Notes: a model not told the origin generated them from the letters alone. Positions 1 to 9,878 are shown, counted from the first letter of the stretch. The stretch is DNA of 32,000 nucleotides from an uncultured Lentisphaeria bacterium (GCA_951812855.1 CATOSW010000001.1:1-32000), one strand, 5' to 3'. Translations and numbers: made by a program.

Positions 1-2216
1 AGAAACTATCGGAGGAAGTGGGGCCTGACGCGGTTATTTTTCCCAGCCTGCGTGAGCAACCTCTGTTCGACCTCCATTGGAGATCCGATCTCTGGAGTCG
101 GGTTTCCATCGGAAACGACGGCAAGAAAAATGTCTGGGATACTCTCGATTGGAAAGACGACGATTTACTAACCCCTAACTTGCCCAATGTGTTTCTCGCC
201 GTTGTACCCCGAGAGCGGGCGGAGGCACTCGCCAAAACGACGTGTGAAGCTATTCAGTCAGAGTGGCGGCGTATCGCCGATGCTGTTTGGGATGCGTGTG
301 TGAAACACCGGTTGACCAGGGATGAGGAAGGGCTGACCGAGGAAACCCGCAAGAGGCGCTACGACGCTCAGGTCGGGAGTTTCCTCTCGCTTTCCTGGCA
401 ATGCACCCCTTGGCCCGACACAATGACTGACGCCGTGAGGCTTGCGGAAGATGACGCTGCCGAGATGCCAATTGTAAAAGCAAGCAAGCGGGTTCAAAAG
501 ATCATTCATATGGCGACCAATGAAATGCCGGTGGGACATCGGGACGGGCGTTTTTATGAGGGAGGCAAAGATGGCCCGAAGGACGAACTCAACAACATCG
601 GCTTGGGCTGGTCGGTGATTCTGGCACTGAACGGTTGGCAACTGGACGCCGTGCGCCAGACCAGAACTTTTTCAGCGGCCAACGAAGGCGGTTGGAATGT
701 CGGAAGGGGCCATAACAAAGATTCCCTCACCGGAAAAGAAGAGGCCGTGGGGGGCGGTGAGGAATGGGTTAAGCGATCTGGAGAATTGGGAAAACCTTGG
801 GCGTATCTGTTCGACAAAACCGATTGGGTCGGGGCACCGACGCTCATTAAACGCGTTTGGCACGACGCTTACCTCGATAAAATCTGGGGGATCAAAACAA
901 GTGATTTTCCCATGCCAAATACCCGAGGAATCGCGGCCCATGACCCGTTCAAAGACTGCGGCGATGATGAAATTGCGGAAAACACCTCTTCGTTGGATAA
1001 ATACTTCGCTGTGATCGCTTTTGACGGTGACGAAATAGGGAAGTGGGTCAGTGGAGAAAAGACGCCGGAGTTTAAGGACCAATTAGCCGATTACAAAGAC
1101 CCGGAACAGGTTCGGCAAGGAACCGTGAAATATTTTGAACAGGAGAAATGCCTGAAAGAGTTTCTCGCAACCCAGCGACCGCTGTCGCCGAGCTACCATC
1201 TGCAGTTCAGCGAGGCGTTGGGTCATTTCGCATTGCGTTGCGCTCGGCCCATCGTCGAAGTGTTCGATGGTCGTTTGATCTATGCCGGAGGGGACGACGT
1301 TTTGGCAATGGTTCCCGCCGCCACCGCTTTGGCTTGCGCCTACGCTCTGCGGAAAGCTTTCCGCGGGGAAACCGATATCGGCGATTTTTTGGAAGCCCAC
1401 GCAAAAAAACTACGGGATGTGAAGCGGGAAAACCACCCTTCCAGGTATCAGGGAATGGCGGCGAAAAAGGAACTGCTGCAAGGGACCGGTCCCGGGTTTT
1501 TAGCGAGGTGGGACTCAAAGGACGACCAAGAACATCCGATTTTGTTCGTCGTTCCCGGGCCTAAGGCCGATGCGTCAGTTGGTATCGCAATCGCACATTT
1601 CAAGGCGCCGTTGCAGGATGTCGTCCGAGAGGCTCAGGCGGCAGAGAAACAAGCCAAGAGTAAATGCAAAGAAGGAGGCCAAGGCCGGAGTGCTTTTGCT
1701 GTAACGCTGATGAAGCGAAGTGGGGAAGTCCATCATTGGGGTGGCAAGTGGGGAGACGACAAGATTGAGGCAGGGGGTCTCTGTCTCTACAACAAGATCT
1801 TGGATCTCTTAGAAAGAAAGACCATCAGCGCCAAATTTCCACATCGGCTGGTCGAAGTGATTGAACCCTACTTATCCACTGATAGCGGGAACAGTCATGT
1901 GCTCCAGGGCGCCGAAACGTTTTCGGAGGAGATCGCCCGAAAGATTTTGCTGCGTGAGGTCGAGTGGGTCGCCGATAGACAGCGAGGGCCGAATTACACG
2001 CATGAAATCGTCGAGGAACTAAATTTTGAGGCTCAAAGATATTTGGAGCTCGTTTCTAGTGGCTTGCGTGACTCGTGTAAGACTCAATGCGAAAAAGCGC
2101 GAGCGGAGACACCATTGAAACACAAAGCTCCACAAAAGATGGTTTCAGCCTTAATTGGGCTCTGCCAAACCGTCGCCTTCGCTCACCGCACTCGAGCGGA
2201 AACGGTCGAACGTTGA
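1..2216 (+). CDS. cas10: Cas10/Cmr2 large subunit of a type III-B effector; 5' end lies outside the window
   Basis: 732-aa ORF whose frame stays open back to nt 3. Cyclase palm motif IYAGGDDVLAMVP, with GGDD encoded at 1287-1298. Directly followed by cmr3-cmr6. The HD/N-terminal part is not in the window. Confidence 0.9.
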   Translation, partial: KLSEEVGPDAVIFPSLREQPLFDLHWRSDLWSRVSIGNDGKKNVWDTLDWKDDDLLTPNLPNVFLAVVPRERAEALAKTTCEAIQSEWRRIADAVWDACVKHRLTRDEEGLTEETRKRRYDAQVGSFLSLSWQCTPWPDTMTDAVRLAEDDAAEMPIVKASKRVQKIIHMATNEMPVGHRDGRFYEGGKDGPKDELNNIGLGWSVILALNGWQLDAVRQTRTFSAANEGGWNVGRGHNKDSLTGKEEAVGGGEEWVKRSGELGKPWAYLFDKTDWVGAPTLIKRVWHDAYLDKIWGIKTSDFPMPNTRGIAAHDPFKDCGDDEIAENTSSLDKYFAVIAFDGDEIGKWVSGEKTPEFKDQLADYKDPEQVRQGTVKYFEQEKCLKEFLATQRPLSPSYHLQFSEALGHFALRCARPIVEVFDGRLIYAGGDDVLAMVPAATALACAYALRKAFRGETDIGDFLEAHAKKLRDVKRENHPSRYQGMAAKKELLQGTGPGFLARWDSKDDQEHPILFVVPGPKADASVGIAIAHFKAPLQDVVREAQAAEKQAKSKCKEGGQGRSAFAVTLMKRSGEVHHWGGKWGDDKIEAGGLCLYNKILDLLERKTISAKFPHRLVEVIEPYLSTDSGNSHVLQGAETFSEEIARKILLREVEWVADRQRGPNYTHEIVEELNFEAQRYLELVSSGLRDSCKTQCEKARAETPLKHKAPQKMVSALIGLCQTVAFAHRTRAETVER

Positions 2217-2233
2217 GTTCGGTGATACGTATT

Positions 2234-3655
2234 ATGGATGTTATCAAAATCCTTCTTCATCCGACTGACGTGCTGTTTTTCAGAGACGGACGGCCCATCG
2301 AAGGGTCCCTGGCGGGACATGGAGCGGCGTGGCCGTTGCCAAACGTGATCAATACGGCCTTGCACGCTGCGTTGCACCGAGCGTTTCCGGTTGATGACAT
2401 CGCCCCCGATAAGCATGAAAATTTCGGCGACCATTTTCACCGGGTCGCATTCGGCGGTGCCATCCATAATGAACGGCGGCATTGCCGCTTCGGTTCGTTG
2501 ACCACGGCAGGTCCGTTTCCCGTAGAAAAGGGAGAGGAAAAATGGTATTTTCCGCGCCCGCAGGACCTTACCGATAAAACGCTTTGCCCTAAGCTCGTCC
2601 CCACAGTTAGCACTAATGGGAGTAAGAGCAGTCTGCCTCTTCCGTTGAAATACCCAGTGGCGAGCCGAGTGCCTCCCTCCAAGGATAGTCCCGCCAACGA
2701 TTGGCTTTCCCGCGAAGCGTTCGAACAATACTTAGAGGAGAATGAGTGTTCGCTGGAAGGTGTCGGCAACTCGGATATTTTTGATGCTGAACACTCCATA
2801 GGAATCGCCATTGATCCAGTGAAGCGAACCGCCGTGGAAAAGAAATTCTATTCTGCCCAGTATTTAAGACTCCGGGATCAATACTGTTTGGGGCAACTCG
2901 CCGCTGCCCGGAATGACGAGTCGGTCTTACTGCGCGAGATGTTCGGCAATAGCCAACCCTTTATCGTCGCGGGAGGTCAGCGACGGGTTTGCACAGTTGA
3001 ACAAAAAGAGCTTGAACAACTGCCGCTGCCTATGGGGAAAACGACCGAATTTCCCGACCATAACGGAAAACATCTCGTAAAGTGGGTGCTGCTCAGCCCG
3101 GCTATTTGGCCGCGAATTCCCGCAGGCAAGGCTCGGCGACGAGAGAGCGCTTCGGCGTGTCGAGAACATCCCGGGGGGTGGCTGCCGAATTGGATCGATT
3201 CCGAGACCGGGGAGGTTCTGTTGCGTGTGGTCACTCCCGATGAGCGGGAGCGACGGCGCAAGCTCAATCACAATGGAAAAGGGTACGACACCAATGAAGG
3301 AGGTGCATTGCGGATTAACGCGCACCTTGTGGCCGCGTTGGTACCGAAGAAGGCGATTGTCGTGACTGGTTGGTCCCTGGGAAAAATCTCTACCGAGGAG
3401 GAAGGCATTCGGCTGCCTGGAGCCAAGTCCACTCACCTCGCAGTGCCAGCGGGAGCGGTTTATTACTTCCAATCCGAAAGTAAAGATGAAGCCGAAAAGC
3501 TCGCGGCGGCACTCAATTGGCACGGCAAAGACAAGAATCCCTCAATCATCACAAATCGGCGGAGCACCTTGATGGGGGAGAAAGGATTTGGCCTTGGGGT
3601 ATGCGGCGGATGGAATTCGTATCCCGAATTAGATCAGCAAATAACAACCCGATGA
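2234..3655 (+). CDS. cmr3: Cmr3 (type III-B RAMP subunit)
   Basis: ATG at 2234 gives MDVIKILLHPTDVLFFRDGRPIEG, the typical Cmr3 N-terminus (FRDGRP). C-terminal GAKSTHLAVPAGAVYYFQ motif. The track ORF start at 2087 overlaps cas10 and is unlikely. Confidence 0.88.
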   Translation: MDVIKILLHPTDVLFFRDGRPIEGSLAGHGAAWPLPNVINTALHAALHRAFPVDDIAPDKHENFGDHFHRVAFGGAIHNERRHCRFGSLTTAGPFPVEKGEEKWYFPRPQDLTDKTLCPKLVPTVSTNGSKSSLPLPLKYPVASRVPPSKDSPANDWLSREAFEQYLEENECSLEGVGNSDIFDAEHSIGIAIDPVKRTAVEKKFYSAQYLRLRDQYCLGQLAAARNDESVLLREMFGNSQPFIVAGGQRRVCTVEQKELEQLPLPMGKTTEFPDHNGKHLVKWVLLSPAIWPRIPAGKARRRESASACREHPGGWLPNWIDSETGEVLLRVVTPDERERRRKLNHNGKGYDTNEGGALRINAHLVAALVPKKAIVVTGWSLGKISTEEEGIRLPGAKSTHLAVPAGAVYYFQSESKDEAEKLAAALNWHGKDKNPSIITNRRSTLMGEKGFGLGVCGGWNSYPELDQQITTR

Positions 3656-3680
3656 ATTTAAGGAATCGACCACTTACTGC

Positions 3681-4661
3681 ATGGTTATGAGCGCGACAAG
3701 AATACTCTATATCTTTACCCGAACGCCCCTGCATGTCGGTGCGGGCGCCAGCGTGGGAGCGATCGACCAGCCCGTTGTCCGAGAGAGGCATACGAATTAT
3801 CCGGTCATTCCAGCTTCGAGCCTCAAAGGTAGTTTTGCGGACGAATGGGGTTTGCTTGACAATGGCAAGAGGGTGAAAGTCACCAAAGCTGAAGGCGGGA
3901 ACATCCTCTCAACGACTAGCGAAGCAGCCTGGCTCTTTGGGTCCGACCACGTCGACTACGCAGCGGCTGGTGCCCTACAATTTTCGGAAGCCAAGCTTTT
4001 GGCCTTACCCGTCCGTTCCGCCAGGGGCAGCTTCGCATGGGTTACCAGTCTCCTCATTCTTCGGCGAGCCGAACGAGACGGGGTTCTGAAGGCAGGTCTG
4101 ATCCAAGGGCTCTCCGAGCCAAGTGACGAGAAAGCTCTATTTATTTCAGGAAAGGACTCGAAGATCGCTCTGGAAAACAAACTGGTTCTGGAGGATTACA
4201 CATTTTCACGTGAGAGTGAGGGGCTGGAACAAGATTCGCAAGGTGTCGCCCTCGGTGAACATCTTGCGGGTTTGATGCCTGATGAGAGAGTTTGGGAAGA
4301 AGTAGGAAGCAGGCTTGTTATTCTGAGCAACGGCATAATGAGTTTTTTCGCTCGAACCGCCTGCGAGGTGGCGCAGCACGTTCGGATTGACGATAAGACC
4401 GGAACTGCCGTAACTGGCGGACTGTTTAACCAAGAAAATGTTCCCAGCGAATCCCTTTTTTACACTGTGGTCCGAGGGTTCGAAGAACGGACACCGAAAG
4501 ACCAGAAGCGCCCCGCTGAAGAGGCGCTTGAAGCACTTAAAGATAAGATCAAAAATAAACCGATGTTCCAGTTCGGTGGGGACGCCTCCACCGGGCTAGG
4601 CTATTGCACCGTGCAATTCCAAGAGAACGGAAAAGAAAGGTCGCCTGATGAAAAATCTTGA
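3681..4661 (+). CDS. cmr4: Cmr4 (backbone RAMP, target-RNA cleaving subunit)
   Basis: N-terminus TRTPLHVGAGASVGAIDQPVVRE...IPASSLKGSFAD. The conserved Asp in AIDQP is encoded at 3765-3767. C-terminal FGGDASTGLGY G-rich loop. Confidence 0.9.
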   Translation: MVMSATRILYIFTRTPLHVGAGASVGAIDQPVVRERHTNYPVIPASSLKGSFADEWGLLDNGKRVKVTKAEGGNILSTTSEAAWLFGSDHVDYAAAGALQFSEAKLLALPVRSARGSFAWVTSLLILRRAERDGVLKAGLIQGLSEPSDEKALFISGKDSKIALENKLVLEDYTFSRESEGLEQDSQGVALGEHLAGLMPDERVWEEVGSRLVILSNGIMSFFARTACEVAQHVRIDDKTGTAVTGGLFNQENVPSESLFYTVVRGFEERTPKDQKRPAEEALEALKDKIKNKPMFQFGGDASTGLGYCTVQFQENGKERSPDEKS

Positions 4662-5013
4662 ACAAATCCGAGCCGCTGCAGCGATCGAAGCGTACAAGGG
4701 GTTGGATAAAGCAGCTGTCAACAAACTGCCTGCGCTGATCCTAACCAATGGTTTGCTTGCGACAGTCGCTTTCTGTAAATCCGCGAGTGGAGCGGACAGT
4801 CGCTCGCACATGAAAAAGGCACTGGAGGCAACTGCTGAGCACTTGGTATCGCAAAGGCTGCTCACAGGAGCGTGTAAAGATCTTGAGGGTTTAAGCAAGG
4901 CCCTCAGTGATTGTGATTCGATTCATTTACAGCGGGCCACAGAGGAATCCTTGGCGTTTGTTGGATATCTGCGTCGGTTCGCGGAAAAAAGGGCGACTAA
5001 CCCCGAAAAATAA
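4648..5013 (+). CDS. cmr5: Cmr5 (type III-B small subunit)
   Basis: 121-aa all-helical protein sitting between cmr4 and cmr6. Motifs LPALILTNGLLATVAF and AFVGYLRRFA are typical of Cmr5. The start overlaps the cmr4 stop by 14 nt. Confidence 0.85.
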   Translation: MKNLEQIRAAAAIEAYKGLDKAAVNKLPALILTNGLLATVAFCKSASGADSRSHMKKALEATAEHLVSQRLLTGACKDLEGLSKALSDCDSIHLQRATEESLAFVGYLRRFAEKRATNPEK

Positions 5014-5016
5014 ACG

Positions 5017-6336
5017 ATGCGAATCGACATGCCCGCAGACACTCGGGAGGCACTTGGCGATCATGCGGGCAAGTGCGAATCCCGGTCGCTCTACATGGAT
5101 CGTTTTTCCTGTCCCCAAACCAAGGACGACGACCGACGGAAATGGTTTGAAAGACTCATTGGAAAGAAGCCCGAGAAACTCCCGCGATGGAAATGGTGCG
5201 CCGCATTGGGTCCGGGTCCTATTTATGCCCAGCTTCAATCCCGACTGATGGTCAACATGGCAGGCGGGGTCATGGAAAACGCCGGGCTGTACCTGGACCG
5301 TTTTGGGGTGCCAATGATTCCTGGAAGCGCGGTCAAAGGTTGCGCTCGGCGTATGGCTATTGAGATACTGCTAGAATGTCGGGAAGGCGGTGCCAGCAAT
5401 GAAACTCTCGCGGAAGCGCTCGTGGAGGTTGCCTTGGTTTTTGGGTGGACGGAGCAAGACTGGCGACCGGAGTCGGATTTCGCCTATGCCCTCGGCGAGA
5501 AATGGGAAGGGGTGAGCGGTGTCGCTCGTAGCCGACTGCCCCACGCCGATTCCTTTGCCGGTTCGGTCTGCTTTCTCCCTGCGTATCCTGTGGATGGCCT
5601 GGCGAACGCTTCCTGGCCCGCTTCATTCCTGAAGCCGCCGGCGGTCGGTAAACTGGAACTCGATATCGTCACCAGCCATCATCCAAAATACTATAAAAAG
5701 GCGCAACCTACGGCCACCGATGACGAGGATCCGGTCCCCGTCATTTTTCCGGCGGTTGCCGCTGGGCATATGTTCGCTTTTCACGTCTGGCCCCTGCGAA
5801 AAAGCGGGCTTGTGGGACGTGCGCAAGACTGGCTGAAAAAAGGACTGGAGATGTTCGGCTTGGGTGCCAAGACGAACGCGGGCTATGGGTGGTTCGATTG
5901 TTCGGATACCCTGCAGTCCACTGTTTGTGAAACGCTTGAAAGGCAAAAGGAGCGTGAGCGACAACAAACCCAAGAACGAAAAGAGGCAGCGGAAAAGAAA
6001 CAGCGAGAAGAAGAGGCACATCGCAAGAGAGAAGAGGAAAAACGAATTCTTGAAAACATGACTGAAGAGCAGCGCGAAGACCACGACCTAGCCCGAAAAA
6101 ACGACCAACAGTTTCAAACGCTGTTAGATAAATTTCTCAAGCAGCCAAGTGAGACTCAAAAAGCGGTCATTCGAGCCCTTCGAAAAGATCCGTCAATACA
6201 GGGTAGCCGTCGAGAGTTCTGGGATGTTCTCAAGAAAAGGTCCGGGAAGAAAGGGGGCAGACATGCCCGGGTCGAACAGGAAATCCGGAGGTTGAGCAAA
6301 CAGATTTATCCGGGAACGGAAGGGAAAATGCCATGA
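5017..6336 (+). CDS. cmr6: Cmr6 (RAMP) with a non-canonical ~140-aa charged C-terminal extension
   Basis: GVPMIPGSAVKGCARR and FGLGAKTNAGYGWF motifs. The RAMP core ends near nt 5902. The remainder (5905-6336) is an E/K/R-rich coiled-coil-like stretch plus a helical segment. Confidence 0.88.
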   Translation: MRIDMPADTREALGDHAGKCESRSLYMDRFSCPQTKDDDRRKWFERLIGKKPEKLPRWKWCAALGPGPIYAQLQSRLMVNMAGGVMENAGLYLDRFGVPMIPGSAVKGCARRMAIEILLECREGGASNETLAEALVEVALVFGWTEQDWRPESDFAYALGEKWEGVSGVARSRLPHADSFAGSVCFLPAYPVDGLANASWPASFLKPPAVGKLELDIVTSHHPKYYKKAQPTATDDEDPVPVIFPAVAAGHMFAFHVWPLRKSGLVGRAQDWLKKGLEMFGLGAKTNAGYGWFDCSDTLQSTVCETLERQKERERQQTQERKEAAEKKQREEEAHRKREEEKRILENMTEEQREDHDLARKNDQQFQTLLDKFLKQPSETQKAVIRALRKDPSIQGSRREFWDVLKKRSGKKGGRHARVEQEIRRLSKQIYPGTEGKMP

Positions 6337-7178
6337 CAACCGAGACTTACCGTCTTGAGCTCATAACACCCTGTTTCTGTGCGGGAGCGGATCAGTCCAC
6401 TGCGGAAATTCGGGCGGCGGCAATTCGCGGAAAACTCCGTTGGTGGTTTCGGGTTCTCGGTGGAACCTGGGACCAAGAATCCGAAGTGTTCGGCTCGGTC
6501 GGCAGGAATTCCTGCGTCTCCAGTTCGGTGGCCATCCGAGTAAAAGAATTCGCGGCGAATGGACCATGGACTCCCGTTCAATTTGATGGACGCTCCAACA
6601 CCGGATACCTCCTTTATTTCGCGAAAGCTTCCGGCGACGGATGCCGCTGGAATTCCAAGGGAGCCTTCCCTGCCGGAAGTCGTTTCGAGATTCAAATTAT
6701 GTGGCACCGGCGGCTATCGGAAGAAAACCGAAAGCTTTTTGACCTGGCCTGCCAATGTTTTCTGATGCTGGGGAGTCTTGGGTTGCGGAGCACTCGCGGA
6801 ATGGGCTGTTTCCAGTGCGACGAGATTCCCTTTTCGGAGGGTGAATTCAATCGGTACAAAGCGATGATTAAAAGGCGTGCGCCTGAGTTCCTGGCCGATA
6901 TGGCACAGTTTCACGGACCTGAGCCCAAGTTGTTCGACGCATTGGGAGCGCAGTTGCGGGGTTTGCGAACGGGCTATCCCCCCGGATTCGGCAGTTCCTT
7001 AGGTTCGAGCAATCCTCGCCAAGCAAGCGCGGTCTATTTGCGTCCGGTTGTGGAGGCCGACGGTTGCTATGGAATCGTGGTTTTCGAAGCACCGAAGAAA
7101 AAGGTCTTGGCAAGTAACTCATGGCGGGCCGCTCCTCGGCTGGGGGAAGGCATTCCGGCTCCGGCCTATGGAAAGTAA
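6333..7178 (+). CDS. cmr1: Cmr1-like RAMP protein
   Basis: N-terminus YRLELITPCFCAGADQSTAEIRAAAIRGKLRWWFRVLGG and a G-rich loop GLRSTRGMGCF. ATGA overlap with the cmr6 stop. It sits last in the effector operon rather than first. Confidence 0.75.
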   Translation: MTTETYRLELITPCFCAGADQSTAEIRAAAIRGKLRWWFRVLGGTWDQESEVFGSVGRNSCVSSSVAIRVKEFAANGPWTPVQFDGRSNTGYLLYFAKASGDGCRWNSKGAFPAGSRFEIQIMWHRRLSEENRKLFDLACQCFLMLGSLGLRSTRGMGCFQCDEIPFSEGEFNRYKAMIKRRAPEFLADMAQFHGPEPKLFDALGAQLRGLRTGYPPGFGSSLGSSNPRQASAVYLRPVVEADGCYGIVVFEAPKKKVLASNSWRAAPRLGEGIPAPAYGK

Positions 7179-7419
7179 GGAAGGCATGTCCTTAGACTTT
7201 GAATTCCCCCAGTCTGTTCGTTTCCTTGGGACCAGCGGAGACGGTCGAACCAGAAGTGTTTCTGTTGACGGGTGTCGAATTCGGCACTTGCCCCCATTGG
7301 CGTCTTCTTGGAGGGTTTGTCACGTTGGGAGGCGGGAACCCGAAAGCATTGATGGGTGCCAACTCGGTGAGGCAGCGCTTTGAACTCTGTTCCCGCCCGG
7401 CGAAGCAATTCCTCGAATC

Positions 7420-8547
7420 ATGAAATCGCCCCTTACCCTTTTGTCGTTCACCTCCCGGCAGATCTGGCCTCAAGTTCTCAGCGTTTTGCAGTCGCGACCT
7501 GATCGGCTGGTTCTGTTTCAGACCGCCGACGATTCAGAATCCAAACGCCCCGCAGAGCGATTGAAACGTTTTTTTGAAACCCAGAAAATCCTTTCCTCTC
7601 ACGCGATCACCCTCCGAACGGTCCCTCATGATTCGTTTTCAGGGTTGGTGGAGGCCATCGCCGACACCGCCTCCGAACTTTCATTGGACGAGCCTAACTG
7701 CCTGATGAATCTGACCGGAGGCGACAAACTGATGACCGTGGCAGCCGTCGACTGGTGCCGGCGGGCTGGAGTCTCCTCTTTCTATCTGACGCGGGATTTC
7801 CGAATCTTCCGCTTTCAAGTGGTAAACATGGAGTTTGTGGCTCACTTCGAAGACCGAGTTGATCCCCATCTGGCCAAGTCGCTCGACCCAGTGGGATTAT
7901 TGGAGTGCCAGTTAGCCAGCGCTAATATCGTGGCTGCGGGACAACGTCTGTCGTTGAACGAGAAGGGAGATAAACTGCCGGAGCGAGAGTTTCAGCATTT
8001 GCTGAAGAAACAGCACACCTTTGAGAAGTATCTCGACCGAGATGTACCGCCTGCCGAACAGCGTGCAGGCGACCACCTGGAAATTGCCGTGGCTTTCGCG
8101 CTTCTTAAACTTGGCGTTCCCGTGGTCCAGCTTGGTGTTTGTTTGGCACCGAAGGTGAACGGAGATCATCTGCGCGAGGAGGGCGAACTGGATTTGGTTT
8201 TCAATTGGTCAGGCAAGCTTTGGCTGGTGGATTGCAAGGACCGTCGTTCTTCGGACGACCGCATGGAAAAGTTGAAAACGGCAATTCTCCGGCAAACGTC
8301 CATTTCTCCGGAGATGAGCAAGCGGATGGAAGAAATCTCCAGTCTGTTGCGGGAGAGCGAACTGAAACCGCTGAAAGAGGATCTGTTCGTGACCAGCGAA
8401 ATTGCTGGACTCCTGGGAAAAGCCTTATGCGTCCGTCGCGCTCAGTTGCCACAACAAGCCCGACAGTTTGCCCACAGTCGTGGTTTACGGGTTATCTTGA
8501 AGGAGAATCTTCTGCGAGAACTGCGGGCTGAGCTGTATCCTGATTGA
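7420..8547 (+). CDS. can2: CARF-domain + PD-(D/E)xK nuclease effector (Can2/Card1-like, cOA-activated)
   Basis: 375 aa. The N-terminal Rossmann-like CARF has NLTGGDKLMTVAA (GGxK-type ligand loop). The C-terminal restriction-endonuclease core is GDHLEIAVAF...GELDLVFNWSGKLWLVDCKDR (D...DxK). Size and architecture match Can2/Card1. Confidence 0.8.
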   Translation: MKSPLTLLSFTSRQIWPQVLSVLQSRPDRLVLFQTADDSESKRPAERLKRFFETQKILSSHAITLRTVPHDSFSGLVEAIADTASELSLDEPNCLMNLTGGDKLMTVAAVDWCRRAGVSSFYLTRDFRIFRFQVVNMEFVAHFEDRVDPHLAKSLDPVGLLECQLASANIVAAGQRLSLNEKGDKLPEREFQHLLKKQHTFEKYLDRDVPPAEQRAGDHLEIAVAFALLKLGVPVVQLGVCLAPKVNGDHLREEGELDLVFNWSGKLWLVDCKDRRSSDDRMEKLKTAILRQTSISPEMSKRMEEISSLLRESELKPLKEDLFVTSEIAGLLGKALCVRRAQLPQQARQFAHSRGLRVILKENLLRELRAELYPD

Positions 8548-8696
8548 CTGGAGCCCCACGGGATAAGGACATTGGACAAAACGCAAAACGCCATAAGCTC
8601 TCAGGTATTCTGGTTCCGATATTGCCGGGCAACCATTTATTGCCTACGGTTACTTTCTTCGGAGTTGAACTGATTCGTGATTCCGCGAGAAACTCT

Positions 8697-9875
8697 ATGA
8701 ACATTCCTGACGTTTCAACCGATCAGCAAACGGTGCTTCTGGCGGTTACTGGCACATCGCCTGCCGTTCTAACGGAGACGGTATGGGCTTTGTGTCAGCG
8801 CTCTGAGCCAATCATCCCTGACCGCGTGGTGACTGTGACCACCGCCGTCGGGCGCCGTGCATTGACCGACCATCTACTTAAACCTCTCGCCCGTTTCGAT
8901 GGCCTAACGCCCTGGGAAGCATTGCGGGAAAGATTGGCGGCGAAGGGAGTGCCCATTAGTGGCAAACTGAGGTTTGGAAACACCGGCGAGGACATTCGAA
9001 CGATCACCGGGATCAACTGCGTGAGTGGGCTCAGCGCCGAGCTGGAGGACATACGGGTGCCGGACGACAACGCCACAGCGGCAGACTATCTCTTATCCCA
9101 GGTTCGAGCCATCACTGAAAATCCCGATAGTCGCCTGGTGGCCAGTCTCGCCGGGGGTAGGAAGACAATGGGAGCACTTCTTTACGCCTGTATGACCTTG
9201 GCGGCACGCGAACGGGATCTTCTGACCCATGTCCTAGTCGGCGAACCTTATGACCGATTTGCCGACTTCTATTTTCCTGAACAACCCGGAGGGCCGCTTG
9301 CCGACTCCAGAGGCAAGCCTTTTGATCCAAAGAATGCGGTAATTCAGCTGGCCGAGGTGCCGTTTGTTGTCCTGAGAAATATCCTGTGGAAGGAACTCGG
9401 CCCGGACGCGGGTAGTTTTTCGAATTTGGTTCACCGGTGTCGCCAAGGGTTGCGGCACCAGACCGGCGAAACCATCCGCTTGATCGTCGAAGGTGGACGC
9501 TCGGAAATTGAGGTCAACGGACATCGATTGAAGCTTTCACCCCGGGAACACTTGCTCATGCTTTTCTTGGCAAAACGGGTCAAAGCCCGAGAACCGGAAG
9601 TGGGGGAGGAGTGGTTGGACTTGGTGAATGGATTCCGGGAAGATCTACTTGCCGGTAAATGGGGGTCCACGACGGCTGATTGGAGGCAATCCGCCCAACT
9701 AACGCAACCGCTTACGGCTGCGGACGTGATGCTATCGGTTTCGGCTTTGCGCCGGAAGGTGCAAGTGCTAGGCGGCGATGCCGCGTTACTCGCTGGGTGC
9801 CTGCCGGAAAGGGATAGATTTTCACTGGATGTGGAACCGTCGTTAATTGAAATTCGTTCTACCGGGGAGGAGTAG
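8697..9875 (+). CDS. Second CARF-domain protein (NE0113/TIGR02584-like) with a wHTH-like C-terminal region; putative cOA sensor/regulator or ring nuclease
   Basis: ATG at 8697 gives ...TVLLAVTGTSPAVLTETVWAL... and SLAGGRKTMGALLYAC, hallmarks I associate with the NE0113 cas family. The C-terminal LSPREHLLMLFLAKRVKAREP resembles a winged-helix recognition segment. The longer TTG start at 8544 is possible but adds an unconvincing N-terminus. Confidence 0.6.
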   Translation: MNIPDVSTDQQTVLLAVTGTSPAVLTETVWALCQRSEPIIPDRVVTVTTAVGRRALTDHLLKPLARFDGLTPWEALRERLAAKGVPISGKLRFGNTGEDIRTITGINCVSGLSAELEDIRVPDDNATAADYLLSQVRAITENPDSRLVASLAGGRKTMGALLYACMTLAARERDLLTHVLVGEPYDRFADFYFPEQPGGPLADSRGKPFDPKNAVIQLAEVPFVVLRNILWKELGPDAGSFSNLVHRCRQGLRHQTGETIRLIVEGGRSEIEVNGHRLKLSPREHLLMLFLAKRVKAREPEVGEEWLDLVNGFREDLLAGKWGSTTADWRQSAQLTQPLTAADVMLSVSALRRKVQVLGGDAALLAGCLPERDRFSLDVEPSLIEIRSTGEE

Positions 9876-9878
9876 TCC

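Noticed and set aside
7199-7423. 74-codon ORF (TTG start) in the cmr1 to can2 gap whose stop overlaps the can2 ATG (ATGA)
   Set aside because: The overlap is suggestive of coupling. However, the start is non-ATG, the sequence is not obviously protein-like, and I recognise no motif. I left it as intergenic or promoter region.
8544-8696. The TTG start at 8544 extending the second CARF protein by 51 residues
   Set aside because: The extension has no resemblance to the conserved family N-terminus, which begins right after the ATG at 8697. It is kept as an alternative only.
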